A stretch of 64,000 nt of DNA from a plasmid, in sequence record NZ_CP069398.1; one strand, given 5' to 3'. Each line of letters starts with the position of its first letter. Position 1 is the first letter of the stretch. The notes beneath the pieces are model-generated. The model saw nothing but the letters and a program-made list of their open reading frames with translations. It made no database searches and had not been told where the DNA came from. The position numbers were made by a program, and so were the translations under genes. This document shows, piece after piece, positions 48,298 to 58,388 of the stretch.

Positions 48298-49410
48298 TTG
48301 CATATCGTTTTACAGCTCATTCCAAAGAAATATTTGATTGGAGGCACGTTGATCCTGTTAGGATTATCGGGCCTCTTAATCATGAGTACAATTGTAGCCA
48401 TTACAGGTGAATTTGAAAAAGATAGTCAACAAAATGAGGTAACAGAGATTGAAGGCGGAGGCATTGGTGTAGGAACGGCTAATGTGTCACCAGAGGTCAT
48501 GAAGTATCAACCCTTGCTTGAAAAGTACGCACAAAAACATGGGTTAGATGCTTCGTATGTGCCAATTATGATGGCACTTATGATGCAAGAAAGTGGAGGA
48601 AGAGGCAACGATCCAATGCAAAGCAGTGAGTCTTATTGTGGATCAGTTGGGTGTATTTCTATCCCTGAATTATCGGTCGATAAAGGAGTTTTACATTTTA
48701 AAAGTGTCCTAGAAAAGGCTCATTATGATTTGAAACTTTGCCTTCAGTCGTACAATTTTGGCGGTGGATTTATCAATTATGTCATGAAAAATGGAGGCAA
48801 ATATACACCAGAGCTAGCAATCTCTTTTTCACAATTGCAATATCAAAAGGTAAAGCATACAGGAAATTATCACTGTGTGCGTCCTGAAATGGTTCCTTAT
48901 TCCGCCTGTTATGGCGACGCGAAGTATGTCGATGCGGTACTGAAATATTATACAGGAACGATCACAGCTGACGGAAAACCGGCTGCTCCTGCGAGTGGTG
49001 GAAGTGGCGGTAAATCAGGTGTGAAAGTAATTGACGCAGGCAAAACGTTGATTGGTAAAACACGTTATGTCTTTGGTGGAGGACGATCTCAATCTGATAT
49101 TAACGCAGGACGTTTTGATTGTTCAAGTTTCGTCAGATGGGCATTCGAACAGGTAGGAATGAATGTTGGTCCAATGTCAGGCGTAACAACCGACACACTC
49201 AAAACACAAGGGCAAGCAATCAATCCAAAAGACATGAAGCCTGGGGATGTGGTGTTTTTTGATACCTATAAAATAGACGGTCACGTTGGGATATACGTCG
49301 GCAATAATCAGTTTTTAGGCTGCCAAGGAAAAACAGGTGTAGCCATCGCAAGTATGGCAAAAGGAACGTATTTTGGTGAACGATTCAATGGAAGAGTAAA
49401 ACGATTTTAA
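48298..49410 (+). CDS. Bifunctional cell-wall hydrolase (CwlT-like): N-terminal TM, lysozyme/transglycosylase-like domain, and C-terminal NlpC/P60 endopeptidase (Cys in RFDCSSFV, His in DGHVGIYVG).
   Basis: Motifs seen. TTG start 3 nt after the VirB4 stop. Confidence 0.75.
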   Translation: MHIVLQLIPKKYLIGGTLILLGLSGLLIMSTIVAITGEFEKDSQQNEVTEIEGGGIGVGTANVSPEVMKYQPLLEKYAQKHGLDASYVPIMMALMMQESGGRGNDPMQSSESYCGSVGCISIPELSVDKGVLHFKSVLEKAHYDLKLCLQSYNFGGGFINYVMKNGGKYTPELAISFSQLQYQKVKHTGNYHCVRPEMVPYSACYGDAKYVDAVLKYYTGTITADGKPAAPASGGSGGKSGVKVIDAGKTLIGKTRYVFGGGRSQSDINAGRFDCSSFVRWAFEQVGMNVGPMSGVTTDTLKTQGQAINPKDMKPGDVVFFDTYKIDGHVGIYVGNNQFLGCQGKTGVAIASMAKGTYFGERFNGRVKRF

Positions 49411-49429
49411 AAGACCTGCGGTAGTATGT

Positions 49430-51010
49430 CAACTGAAAAATGAAAGAATGTAAAGTTATCAAAGGGCAATTTACTAAAAAAAAGCATCACGAAACTAGAC
49501 CAGTAACGAATGTTATTTACTGGAAATTAATTGAAAGGTAGCGATGACAAGTTTTATGTCATATTTTCACGCCCCTTTCTGGCGTAAAGAGTTGGTGACT
49601 GCGTAGTAGCGCATCCACCAATCGCACGAGTTTTCTTGCGGTTAGAACGAGTGCACGTTTGTGTTGATGTTTTGGTACTTCACTGTACTTTTTCACGTAG
49701 TAATCCCGGTAATCCGGAACTTGCCTTCGTACGGAGTTGGCGGCTTCAACTAAGTAATATCGCAAGTAGTGGTTACCGTTACGTGATAGGGACGTGTCTT
49801 CGGCAGTAAAGCGCCCAGACTGATGCTTTCGCCAGTATAGACCTGCGTATTTCGCTACTTTAGTTTCATCATCAAACCGGTCTATTTGGCCAATTTCAGC
49901 TATGATACCTGCAGCGAATACGGGACCAATTCCAGGGATGGATTCAAGCGTGTGTGTCAATCCAGCCATCAGTTTTTTGATCGCTTTATCAATTTCTTTT
50001 ATCTGCTTTTGGAAGGTGCGAATGACCTCGATCGAGGTCCCTAGTATTACATCCATAGAATCTTCCACTACTTTGTCCAAGCGATAAGAAGATCGCACGG
50101 CTTTCTGAATGGAGGTTGCCACACATTTCGGGTCACCAAATCGGTTTTTCCCTTTCTCTTGAAGGAACGCTGCCAGTTCCTCCAGTGGTAGGTGGGCTAG
50201 TTCTTCCAAGCTGTATTTCTCTAAGAAAAGCTCCATCATTGCGTTACCGAAGACTGAGGAGTCTACTTCTTGAGAGAAAGTATTACACTTATAGCTTAGG
50301 TGTTGAAGAAAATGCTGCTTTTCTTTCGTCATCATACGGATGAGCTGGTAACGGGACCGAGTCAGTTGTTGTAAGGCCACGTATTGGCTTTCTTTGACCA
50401 CTGACATTTGGTTACGTCCAAAACGTAAGTAATCCGCAATGACAAAGGCATCGATTTCATCTGTTTTGTTCATATCCGAATAGCTTTTCTTAAAATTAGC
50501 TATTTGTTTAGGGTTCATGACAAACACCTTGGCACCGAAGACTTTTAAGTCTTCATCATGATGGAGAAACATCGACGGGTGAAAGCTATAGACCGATGTA
50601 GATTCTAAGCCAATCTTTAAGACGTCAATCTCTTGATCGTCTATGCAGTGTAATAAACGTTCTTTAAGCAACGTCGCGCCTGGTAAGTCATTGGTGACGG
50701 TAAAGGCGTTCAGCTTTTCTCCTTCACCATTTAAAATGCATACTTTCATATCAAACGAACTTACATCTAAACCAACAAATAATCTCACGGGAGAGACCTC
50801 CTTTCGATTTAGAATCACTTGGCATTTCCTTGGACGTCTCGAGATATCTCTAGTGTGTACGCCGACCAACAACCTCGTGTATCAGAGCTTCCCTGCATTC
50901 GAAAGCCGCCATAGAGCTACTACCCTCTAGGTTCAAATGACAGGCTGCTCAGCCTGCGAGTAGGGAGTCCCGCGCGTTCACTGAGAAACAGTCTTATATT
51001 GTGGTTAATC
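49430..51010 (-). mobile_element. IS110-family insertion sequence with approximate boundaries (the family lacks terminal IRs). It interrupts the T4SS gene block between the hydrolase gene and the downstream transfer genes.
   Basis: Transposase inside. It is the only minus-strand gene in an otherwise plus-strand operon. Confidence 0.45.
49559..50788 (-). CDS. IS110-family (DEDD) transposase. Start taken at the GTG giving VRLFVGLDVSSFDMKV.
   Basis: N-terminal LFVGLDVS (IS110 DEDD_Tnp motif) and C-terminal IPGIGPVFAAGIIAEIG (HhH). Confidence 0.85.
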   Translation of the reverse strand: MRLFVGLDVSSFDMKVCILNGEGEKLNAFTVTNDLPGATLLKERLLHCIDDQEIDVLKIGLESTSVYSFHPSMFLHHDEDLKVFGAKVFVMNPKQIANFKKSYSDMNKTDEIDAFVIADYLRFGRNQMSVVKESQYVALQQLTRSRYQLIRMMTKEKQHFLQHLSYKCNTFSQEVDSSVFGNAMMELFLEKYSLEELAHLPLEELAAFLQEKGKNRFGDPKCVATSIQKAVRSSYRLDKVVEDSMDVILGTSIEVIRTFQKQIKEIDKAIKKLMAGLTHTLESIPGIGPVFAAGIIAEIGQIDRFDDETKVAKYAGLYWRKHQSGRFTAEDTSLSRNGNHYLRYYLVEAANSVRRQVPDYRDYYVKKYSEVPKHQHKRALVLTARKLVRLVDALLRSHQLFTPERGVKI

Positions 51011-51168
51011 CACAGGAGAAAGAAGAATTGTCCCAAATGATCCTATGATCATTATCTAGAAATATCTTGAGACGTCCAAGTAATATGTTGTTTAATTTAT
51101 TCATTAATATGGAAACAGGTCTTAGCTCTTAAATAAGGCTTAAATATAATATACGAGGAGAAAAGGCG

Positions 51169-51750
51169 ATGAAAAATAAAGCAGCACTACTATTTGGAGC
51201 GCTTGCCGTTGTGGTGGCAGGCGTGACCATTTTCAATATCTACCTTAACCACAATATCTCCAACACAACAGCTTCGAAACAAATTCAAGTCACAAATGAC
51301 AGCTTACAAGAAGAAAATAAAGAGTTAAAAAAACAACTAAGTGAAGTTCGCCCTTCTGCCCAAGAACAACAAAAACGAGATTACTTGAATACGGTTCATC
51401 AATTTATCGATGTGTCTTATCATCGTGAAAAAGAAGGGTTTGAGGAACGAAAGAAGGTTGCAAAATCCATCATGGACAAAGAGCTTTATGAGCAATTTTA
51501 TCCTTCTGAAAAGTTCGTATATGGAGATAGTTACACTTCAGTTCCAAACGATGTACAGCTTTATGTACAACAATACGATGGAGGGCAAGAAGAGGTCGAA
51601 GTCATTGCTGAATTTACGAATCATCTTGTCATAAAAGATGAGAATGTCGACGATCAAACGCATGACATTATTAAAGTTTCTCTACGAAAAGAAGAGAATA
51701 AATGGGTGGTTTATAGTATTGAAGAATTGAAAACAGAAATCATGAAATGA
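51169..51750 (+). CDS. N-terminally membrane-anchored protein, possibly VirB8-like (NTF2-like periplasmic domain).
   Basis: One TM, then a 150-aa globular domain. The assignment rests on position and topology only. Confidence 0.35.
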   Translation: MKNKAALLFGALAVVVAGVTIFNIYLNHNISNTTASKQIQVTNDSLQEENKELKKQLSEVRPSAQEQQKRDYLNTVHQFIDVSYHREKEGFEERKKVAKSIMDKELYEQFYPSEKFVYGDSYTSVPNDVQLYVQQYDGGQEEVEVIAEFTNHLVIKDENVDDQTHDIIKVSLRKEENKWVVYSIEELKTEIMK

Positions 51751-51751
51751 G

Positions 51752-52648
51752 GTGGAGCAGATGGCATTTAAGAAGCAATTTGAAGATTATCGATTTAATT
51801 TAAATCGCAATCGGTCATGGAAGTATACAGCAATGTTGATCTTTTTCTTTATCGGTTTTTTATCCTTACTGACATCAAAAATCTATTTAAAAACGGAAGA
51901 TCCTTTGTATCATACCAAAACCTATGAGGCAGTTTCTTCTAACATAACAGGAACCGTAACCATTGAGAATCGTGTGTATCATCCGGCTAATGGCTCACTG
52001 GATATGGTCATCAAAATGGATCAAACAGATGAAGAAGAAGTAAGCTTTGTTGCACAAGAAAAAGCGAATCCAAACATCAAATTACCTGTTCATTTATTGT
52101 ATGAAGATGATGGCTATTATGTGGTAAGAATCAGCGATCTATCTCCAAATTGGGAAGCACTTGCCTTTGATCTCTATCAAGAAAATGAAGAAAAAGAAAC
52201 CGTAAACGTAGATGATGTAACGAGTGATTCAGAAACAGATTCAACAGAGGAAATAGATGCTCATGCGTTAATTACAACGCTCTATTCTGACCAACGAAAA
52301 ACGAAAAGTGAAGAAGGAAAAGGAACAAAAACCAAACAAGAATATGCGCTTTTAGTTAATGAGTTAGAAAAAGATTTTGTCAAAAAGAAAATGAAAAACT
52401 ATGAAAAAGCAATCACAGTAGAGGCCAAACATAAGCACCAAACGCAACAAGAAATGAACGAATTACAACGTGATATGAAGTACCAAGTGAATGAGGAAAA
52501 AGCCGATACGGAATCAAAAATTGCAATGAAAAAGGATGCCATTCAGTCGAGTGATGAAAGCATTCAGCTCTATGAAGATGAACAAAAAAGTTTACAAGAA
52601 AAGCTCCAAAAGTTGAATGAAAAGCAACAGGATTTAGCCATGAAGTGA
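51752..52648 (+). CDS. Membrane-anchored coiled-coil protein, conjugation-associated.
   Basis: One TM (YTAMLIFFFIGFLSLLTS). Confidence 0.45.
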   Translation: MEQMAFKKQFEDYRFNLNRNRSWKYTAMLIFFFIGFLSLLTSKIYLKTEDPLYHTKTYEAVSSNITGTVTIENRVYHPANGSLDMVIKMDQTDEEEVSFVAQEKANPNIKLPVHLLYEDDGYYVVRISDLSPNWEALAFDLYQENEEKETVNVDDVTSDSETDSTEEIDAHALITTLYSDQRKTKSEEGKGTKTKQEYALLVNELEKDFVKKKMKNYEKAITVEAKHKHQTQQEMNELQRDMKYQVNEEKADTESKIAMKKDAIQSSDESIQLYEDEQKSLQEKLQKLNEKQQDLAMK

Positions 52649-52654
52649 AAAAAC

Positions 52655-52773
52655 ACAGGGGGACGCAAAGGGGACATGGCTCAAAAACAGGGGGACATAA
52701 AGGGGACATCGGGATTTTAAAAGGGGACGTAAAAGGGACGTACACCCAAAAAAAGGGGACGTAAAGGGGACAT
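52655..52773 (+). repeat. oriT iterons: eight 11-bp direct repeats (C/A)A(G/A)GGGGAC(G/A)(C/T), arranged as four adjacent pairs spaced 32-33 bp apart.
   Basis: Copies at 52655, 52666, 52688, 52699, 52720, 52731, 52752 and 52763. Confidence 0.7.
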
Positions 52774-52794
52774 TAAGCGACTTTCTTTGATATC

Positions 52795-52845
52795 ACGGTT
52801 TTGCTAGGCTCTGCCTAGCCTATCACACCCTGTGATAGCAAAAAC
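52795..52845 (+). promoter_or_regulatory. Nested inverted repeats (GCTAGGC-TCT-GCCTAGC and TATCACA-CCC-TGTGATA). Candidate nic-site or relaxase-binding region of oriT.
   Basis: Seen directly. Located 60 bp upstream of the mobC-like gene. Confidence 0.5.
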
Positions 52846-52907
52846 CCCTTATGCTCTTCTCTCTTTTATAGTGGGGAACCACAATTTACAGGAAAGGAAC
52901 GAATGTT

Positions 52908-53165
52908 ATGGATATTCTTTTACGAGATATTGATCCAACTGCCGTAAAAAAAATAGATGAGATTGCAAAAGAAAAAAAGATTTCTCGTCAAGAATTCTTA
53001 AAAGGTCAGGTTGAAACGCTGGCTGTTTTTCAAGAACAAAAAGTTCGTGAAGCAGAACTCGAAAATATCATCTATAAAAATATAAAGATGATGGAAAAAT
53101 GTGCAGTGGCAATTGAAACAATCAATGGATTTATTCGAGATATGACGGGGGAAGATGAGGAATGA
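52908..53165 (+). CDS. Ribbon-helix-helix relaxosome accessory protein (MobC-like).
   Basis: 85 aa. KISRQEFLKGQVE RHH signature. Stop overlaps the relaxase start. Confidence 0.55.
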   Translation: MDILLRDIDPTAVKKIDEIAKEKKISRQEFLKGQVETLAVFQEQKVREAELENIIYKNIKMMEKCAVAIETINGFIRDMTGEDEE

Positions 53166-54358
53166 GTACGCCTTCTGTTATTCCAGGCGTGGTGTTGAAA
53201 ACAAAATTTGTTACATCCGATAAAAAGGCTTTTCAAGATTATGTTGATTATGTAGATCGTGATGATGCGAAAAAAGAACAGGAAGCCCACGAGAAACTAT
53301 TTACTCTTTATCAAGATTATATGGATAACCCTGATAAGGCATCTTCTTTGTTCACCCACCAATCGAATCAATTGAATGACGAGGAGAAAAAGCAATTAAA
53401 AAAGTTGTTTGAAAAAGCGCAGAAAAATAACAGTATTATGTGGCAAGATGTTATCACATTTCATAATCCTTGGCTCCAAGAAAATGGTTTATACGATGCT
53501 GATACTCATACAGTGGATGAGAAAAAATTAATGGATATTACCCGTCAGTCTATGAAGGAAATGCTTAAAAGGGAAAGGTTAAATGAGTCGGCTGTTTGGT
53601 CAGCTGCCATTCACTACAATACGGGAAACATTCATATTCATATTGCGACAGTAGAACCACAACCTACTCGTGAACGAGGCAAAAGAAAGCCTAAAACGTT
53701 GGATGCGATGAAGTCAACAGTCGTGAATCAAATTTTAAATCGAGGTGAGCAGCACCAGAAAATAAATGAGTTAATTCGAAAGGATATGGTCGGAAAAAAG
53801 AAGCAGGATTCTTCATTAAGGTGGAAGAATCGTGACATTCAACCATTGTTTCTACAAATCTATAATCATCTTCCAGAAGATAAAAGGCAGTGGCAATATA
53901 GTTACCGAACATTAAAACCAATGAAGCCATTTATTGATGTGTTGAGTCAAAAATATATTGAAAAGTATCATCGTAATGAGTACCAACAATTACTTGGAAA
54001 ATTAGATAAGGAAGTAGAGGAATTAAAGAAAGCCTATGGAGAAGGAAAGGTTGATGAGAAACGATATAAGGACTATAAGCAAACGAAAATTGATGATCTT
54101 TATAAGCGAATGGGCAATGCTTTCTTAAAAGAAATGAAAGATTATGATAAGCAGCAGCAACAGATTAAAAGAATGATAGAAAGTAAGAAACAATCAAAAC
54201 GTCCTGCAAGTTTTAACCAAAAGGTCTCTATGCATTTTGCATTAAAAAAGATGGAGCGAGCGTTTAAATCAGAATATGAAAGTTGGAAAAACCAACAACA
54301 TTATGAACGATTACAAAAAGAAATTGAACATAATCGTCAGGAAGAGAGGAGTTATTAA
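53162..54358 (+). CDS. Conjugative relaxase (Relaxase/Mobilisation nuclease family, MobP-like).
   Basis: His-triad motif HYNTGNIHIHIATV. N-terminal catalytic domain followed by a Lys-rich tail. Confidence 0.7.
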   Translation: MSTPSVIPGVVLKTKFVTSDKKAFQDYVDYVDRDDAKKEQEAHEKLFTLYQDYMDNPDKASSLFTHQSNQLNDEEKKQLKKLFEKAQKNNSIMWQDVITFHNPWLQENGLYDADTHTVDEKKLMDITRQSMKEMLKRERLNESAVWSAAIHYNTGNIHIHIATVEPQPTRERGKRKPKTLDAMKSTVVNQILNRGEQHQKINELIRKDMVGKKKQDSSLRWKNRDIQPLFLQIYNHLPEDKRQWQYSYRTLKPMKPFIDVLSQKYIEKYHRNEYQQLLGKLDKEVEELKKAYGEGKVDEKRYKDYKQTKIDDLYKRMGNAFLKEMKDYDKQQQQIKRMIESKKQSKRPASFNQKVSMHFALKKMERAFKSEYESWKNQQHYERLQKEIEHNRQEERSY

Positions 54359-54793
54359 ATGAATAAACAACGTATGAAATTATCACTGGATGAGGAAACA
54401 AAACAATATATTCAAGCGTATATGGAAGAAAATAATATCGGATTTACGGGTGAAGCTATTGCTCAAATTTGTAAGGAACATAAAGTTGCTAAAAGTAATG
54501 AATGGTCGTTGCAATATATTTCGGAAGTGGTCAGCAATAACTTACATCAGGTTTTAAAAGATGAATTAACAAGGATTCGTCTTGGGGCAAATAGTGCTGA
54601 TAAAAACACACAAATTTTAATTGAATACATGAACGGTCTTTTCTTCCATCACGGTTTTGATGGATTAATGACAACCGATTTACAAGAGTTAGATAGCACA
54701 AAGGTTGCGAAGGAAGCTGTTGAGAAGCGTATTGCGAATCAACGTCAAAAACGGATTGATTGGGAAGAGTCCAAAGGGAAACAACCATCTTAA
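54359..54793 (+). CDS. Hypothetical protein (144 aa).
   Basis: ORF. Confidence 0.45.
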   Translation: MNKQRMKLSLDEETKQYIQAYMEENNIGFTGEAIAQICKEHKVAKSNEWSLQYISEVVSNNLHQVLKDELTRIRLGANSADKNTQILIEYMNGLFFHHGFDGLMTTDLQELDSTKVAKEAVEKRIANQRQKRIDWEESKGKQPS

Positions 54794-54843
54794 TGATGGT
54801 TTTATATAAATATAGATTTTAAAAATTAAAGGAGGAAGCATTC

Positions 54844-55119
54844 ATGTTTTTTAACAAAGATTTAGTGTTAGCTTCGATTAAAGCTGTAGGAGAGGATCAT
54901 GCCATTGTACAGTATCAAGACAAAGAAATAGAGGTGAATTTAAGTCCAGAAGAAGCGAAGGAGTTTCATCAATATGTGGTGCATCAAGAAAATATGTTGG
55001 TGCCAATGAATATTAAAACACAGAAGCTTTTTGTGGATTTAGAGGAACCTTGGTATGAACAAGAATTAGAAGAGCTTAAGGGGATCTCCTATCAAGAAGA
55101 GGGGGATGAAAATGAGTAA
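54844..55119 (+). CDS. Hypothetical protein (91 aa).
   Basis: ORF with RBS AAAGGAGG. Confidence 0.45.
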   Translation: MFFNKDLVLASIKAVGEDHAIVQYQDKEIEVNLSPEEAKEFHQYVVHQENMLVPMNIKTQKLFVDLEEPWYEQELEELKGISYQEEGDENE

Positions 55120-55798
55120 AACGTATGCGAAAAAATCTGTGGAAGATAAGCGTAAAGAGGTTGAAGAGTTAACGAAAGGGATGGAACAAAAAGTAGAGCA
55201 GCATTTTCATTCTGCCGATGAATTAAAAGACTATTTATCTTTTATGGGTAAGTTTTATCAATACTCCATGTCGAACACAGCTCTTATTCAAGAACAATTC
55301 TTTGGTGCTCAAGCTGTTGGCTCATTTAAGTTTTGGAAAGATAAAGGTTTTTCTGTTAATAAAGGGGAGAAAGGCATTAAGATTCTTGTGCCAAATAAAA
55401 CGGTTCCTAAATTTAAAGATGAAAATGGGAAATTAAAGTCCATTAATAAAGCCACTCCTCAAGAAAAGAAGCTAATTAAAGAGGGGAAAAAAGAAGTCAC
55501 TCAAGGCCGACTGTATTTTTCAGTCGGCCATACGTTTGATATTAGCCAGACGAATGCGAAAGCAAGTGATTTACCTAAGATATTCCCAAATCGTTGGTTA
55601 GAAGGCAACGTGGAGGACTACAAGGCGCTTCATAAAGGAATGGAAGCCATTGCCGAAAAGAATGGTATTTCCATCATTGCTCCTAAAGAAGAACTAGGCA
55701 GCGCAAAAGGCGTGTGTTATCCATTAACGAAGGAGGTTGCGTTAAATCCTCGTAACTCTGAACGTCAAAATGTAAAGACGCTTCTTCACGAAATGACT
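55106..55798 (+). CDS. ArdC-like antirestriction/ssDNA-binding protein, exon 1 (ArdC N-terminal DUF1738-like domain). The gene is split by a group II intron. Join 55106..55798 with 58389..59054 for a 452-aa protein.
   Basis: NTALIQEQFFGAQAVGSFKFWKDKGFSVNKGEKGIKILVP matches the ArdC N-domain. The ORF-track frame reads ...LLHEMT, then GTGCG begins at 55799. Confidence 0.6.
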
Positions 55799-58388
55799 GT
55801 GCGTCCATAAGGATGTGTTTGGGATTGCTGTCGTAGCAAACAGCTGATGTGGTCATAACATCATAAGGTCAAAGACTTATTGATATTCTTAAATATCAAG
55901 ACACTCGTGGTGGGAAACCATCAGGGGGACAATAGCATGTCTATAAAGCCACAAGTTACTGGCGTGTTACAGTACGACTGGATGGCAAGACCAAAGTAAT
56001 AGACAAGGATGAAAGCTATACTGCTTAAATGATAGCCAGAGGGGTTATATCGTGGACCATAGTAAACAACACGTGAAATGCTATGCAAGTGGGGATTTCA
56101 ACGGATGCGTCATACGTTGAAATATGACCTCCCACTGACCAACATCGATAAGATGATAAATGGCGAAAGTCACATCCGATACTATTACAAGCTTCCCTGC
56201 ATAATCTAAATGGAGATTGTCTAAGTCAATAAGCCCTTACGGGCTATGTTCATTGGGAACTGAAAAATTGATATGACAACGGAGTCTTCGTACTAGTTTG
56301 AGATAGGGAAAGCCTATCACGCTAACATCAGATAACGCATGTTAGATCATAGCTGTGAAGCTAGGATGGCGAAGGAAGACAGTTAACTGAATCCAATATT
56401 ATAAGAAGAAGGAGCGAGAGGCTCTATGAGAAATCCTCAAGTGGTATTGGACAATCTAACGAGTAAGTCCAAGGATGAAAACTACAAGTATCAAAGAGTT
56501 TACAGAAACTTATACAATCCTGAGTTTTATCTTATGGCATATGATGAAATCTACCCTAACCCTGGTAACATGACTAAAGGGTCAGATAATAAAACAATCT
56601 ATGGCATGAGTATGAAGAGAATTACTAATATTATTGATTCTCTCAAGGACGAAAAGTATCAACCGACTCCAGTAAGAAGAACCTATATCCGCAAAAAACG
56701 TGGTAATGGCAAAAGGCCACTTGGTATTCCATCATTTGATGACAAACTGTTACAAACTGTAGTCAAATATATTCTGGAAAGTATTTATGAAAGTTCGTTC
56801 AGTAACAAATCCCATGGGTATCGGCCAAACAAAAGCTGTCATACGGCTATTAAGCAAATTGCTGACACATTTAATGGAGTAAAGTGGTTTATAGAAGGAG
56901 ACATAAAGGGCTTCTTTGATAACATAGACCATTCTATTTTAATTGATTTACTTCGCAAAAGAATAAAAGATGAAAAGTTCCTAAGGCTTATTTGGAAATT
57001 TCTTAAAGCAGGATATGTAGAGGACTGGAAATATAATAATTCATACAGTGGTGTGCCTCAAGGAGGGATTATTAGTCCTATCTTATCTAATATTTACCTT
57101 AACGAATTAGATAAATTCATCGAAGAATTCCAACATAAATTCAATAAAGGTAAAAATAAGGCACAAAACCTTGACTACAAAAAACTGCACGCAAAAAGTA
57201 TGCGTCTTAAAAAGAAATTAAAGGACAAAGTCGCTAAAGGAACTCTCAAAGAAGGCGAACGTGAAGAAATTATTGGTTATATCAAAGAAGCGAATAGTAG
57301 AAAAATGAAATTACCTTCAAAAGATCCTATGGATCAAAACTACAGAAGACTGAAATACGTCCGGTATGCGGACGATTGGCTAATTGGCATTATTGGCAGT
57401 AAGGAAGATGCGGTCAGAATCAAAAAAGAACTAACTGAGTTTATCAGGAACAAATTGAAACTTGAACTTTCACAAGAAAAGACACTTATTACAAACGGTA
57501 GGAAGTTTGCTAGATTTCTAGGCTATGACATTGCCATCAGCAGAAATCAACAACCAAAACCGACTTCAAGAACTGCAGGGGAACAAATGAAGGTTCTTTC
57601 ACGTTCTAACTCTGGAACAGTCTCCATTTACATGCCAAAAGAGGCTTGGGTTAGTAAACTTATAGAATATAGGGCTATAAAAATGGAGGGAGCTAACTGG
57701 AAACCAATGCATCGTAGGGTACTGGTCAATAACGATGATTTGGAGATTCTCACTCGTTATAACGCTGAAATTAGGGGCATGTACAACTATTATAGGCTAG
57801 CACTAAATGTAAGTGGACTCAACAAGTTTAAATATTTTATGGAATACAGTTTATACAAAACCTTTGCCAATAAATATAAAACATCTATAAGCAAAATAAA
57901 AAATAAATACTGCATTAACGGAGTCTTTGCGGTTAGATACAAAACGAAGAAGGATCATAGAACTCAATACTTGTATAATGATGGATTTAAACGAAATAAT
58001 TCTATAAAGACAGACCACATTAACACAGACCTGCCTATCAGTAAATTTGACTTTGGTAGAACTAGTCTCATTTCAAGGCTAAAGGCGGAACGATGTGAAT
58101 GGTGCCATAAAGAAAATGTTGAATTAGAAATTCATCATGTAAGAAAATTGAAGGACTTGAAAGGTAAAAAGCTATGGGAAAAAGCAATGATAGCCAGAAA
58201 CCGCAAGACAATAGCACTTTGTGCTTTAGGAAAAGGGAATGACTGTCATCGCAAACTCCATGCTGGACTGTTAGATTGAAGTAAGTTAATGGCGAGCCGT
58301 ATACATGGAGACGTGTACGTACGGTTCTGGGGGGGATGCTTGGGAACCTACCATAGTAATATGGCAAGGCACTGGGTATCTACCCTAC
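55799..58388 (+). mobile_element. Group II intron (2590 nt). 5' GTGCG, domain V GAGCCGTATACATGGAGACGTGTACGTACGGTTC at 58293-58326, domain VI ending ..CCCTAC. Encodes an RT/maturase/HNH protein.
   Basis: Canonical 5' end and a textbook domain V seen. Removal fuses two ORFs in frame. Confidence 0.8.
56426..58279 (+). CDS. Group II intron-encoded protein: reverse transcriptase (YADD in RYADDWLIG), maturase X domain and C-terminal HNH endonuclease (CEWCH..HHV..C..C).
   Basis: 617 aa. RT motifs 0-7 recognisable (RPLGIPSFDDKLLQ; SGVPQGGIISPILSNIYL). Confidence 0.9.
   Translation: MRNPQVVLDNLTSKSKDENYKYQRVYRNLYNPEFYLMAYDEIYPNPGNMTKGSDNKTIYGMSMKRITNIIDSLKDEKYQPTPVRRTYIRKKRGNGKRPLGIPSFDDKLLQTVVKYILESIYESSFSNKSHGYRPNKSCHTAIKQIADTFNGVKWFIEGDIKGFFDNIDHSILIDLLRKRIKDEKFLRLIWKFLKAGYVEDWKYNNSYSGVPQGGIISPILSNIYLNELDKFIEEFQHKFNKGKNKAQNLDYKKLHAKSMRLKKKLKDKVAKGTLKEGEREEIIGYIKEANSRKMKLPSKDPMDQNYRRLKYVRYADDWLIGIIGSKEDAVRIKKELTEFIRNKLKLELSQEKTLITNGRKFARFLGYDIAISRNQQPKPTSRTAGEQMKVLSRSNSGTVSIYMPKEAWVSKLIEYRAIKMEGANWKPMHRRVLVNNDDLEILTRYNAEIRGMYNYYRLALNVSGLNKFKYFMEYSLYKTFANKYKTSISKIKNKYCINGVFAVRYKTKKDHRTQYLYNDGFKRNNSIKTDHINTDLPISKFDFGRTSLISRLKAERCEWCHKENVELEIHHVRKLKDLKGKKLWEKAMIARNRKTIALCALGKGNDCHRKLHAGLLD

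Noticed and set aside
50880-50975. Short similarity (GCTTCCCTGCAT) between the region right of the IS110 transposase and a site inside the group II intron (56188-56200).
   Set aside because: Only a 12-nt match, compatible with chance. It is insufficient to infer a shared element end.
52655-52773. Possible CRISPR array, suggested by the short direct repeats.
   Set aside because: The repeats are only 11 bp and occur in adjacent pairs with 10-11 bp gaps. There are no spacer-like unique 30-40 bp units and no cas genes. The context (MobC-like gene and relaxase) fits oriT iterons.
53072-53290. Minus-strand 72-aa ORF spanning the mobC-relaxase junction, and 53691..53930 inside the relaxase gene.
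   Set aside because: Antisense to strongly supported genes. Spurious.
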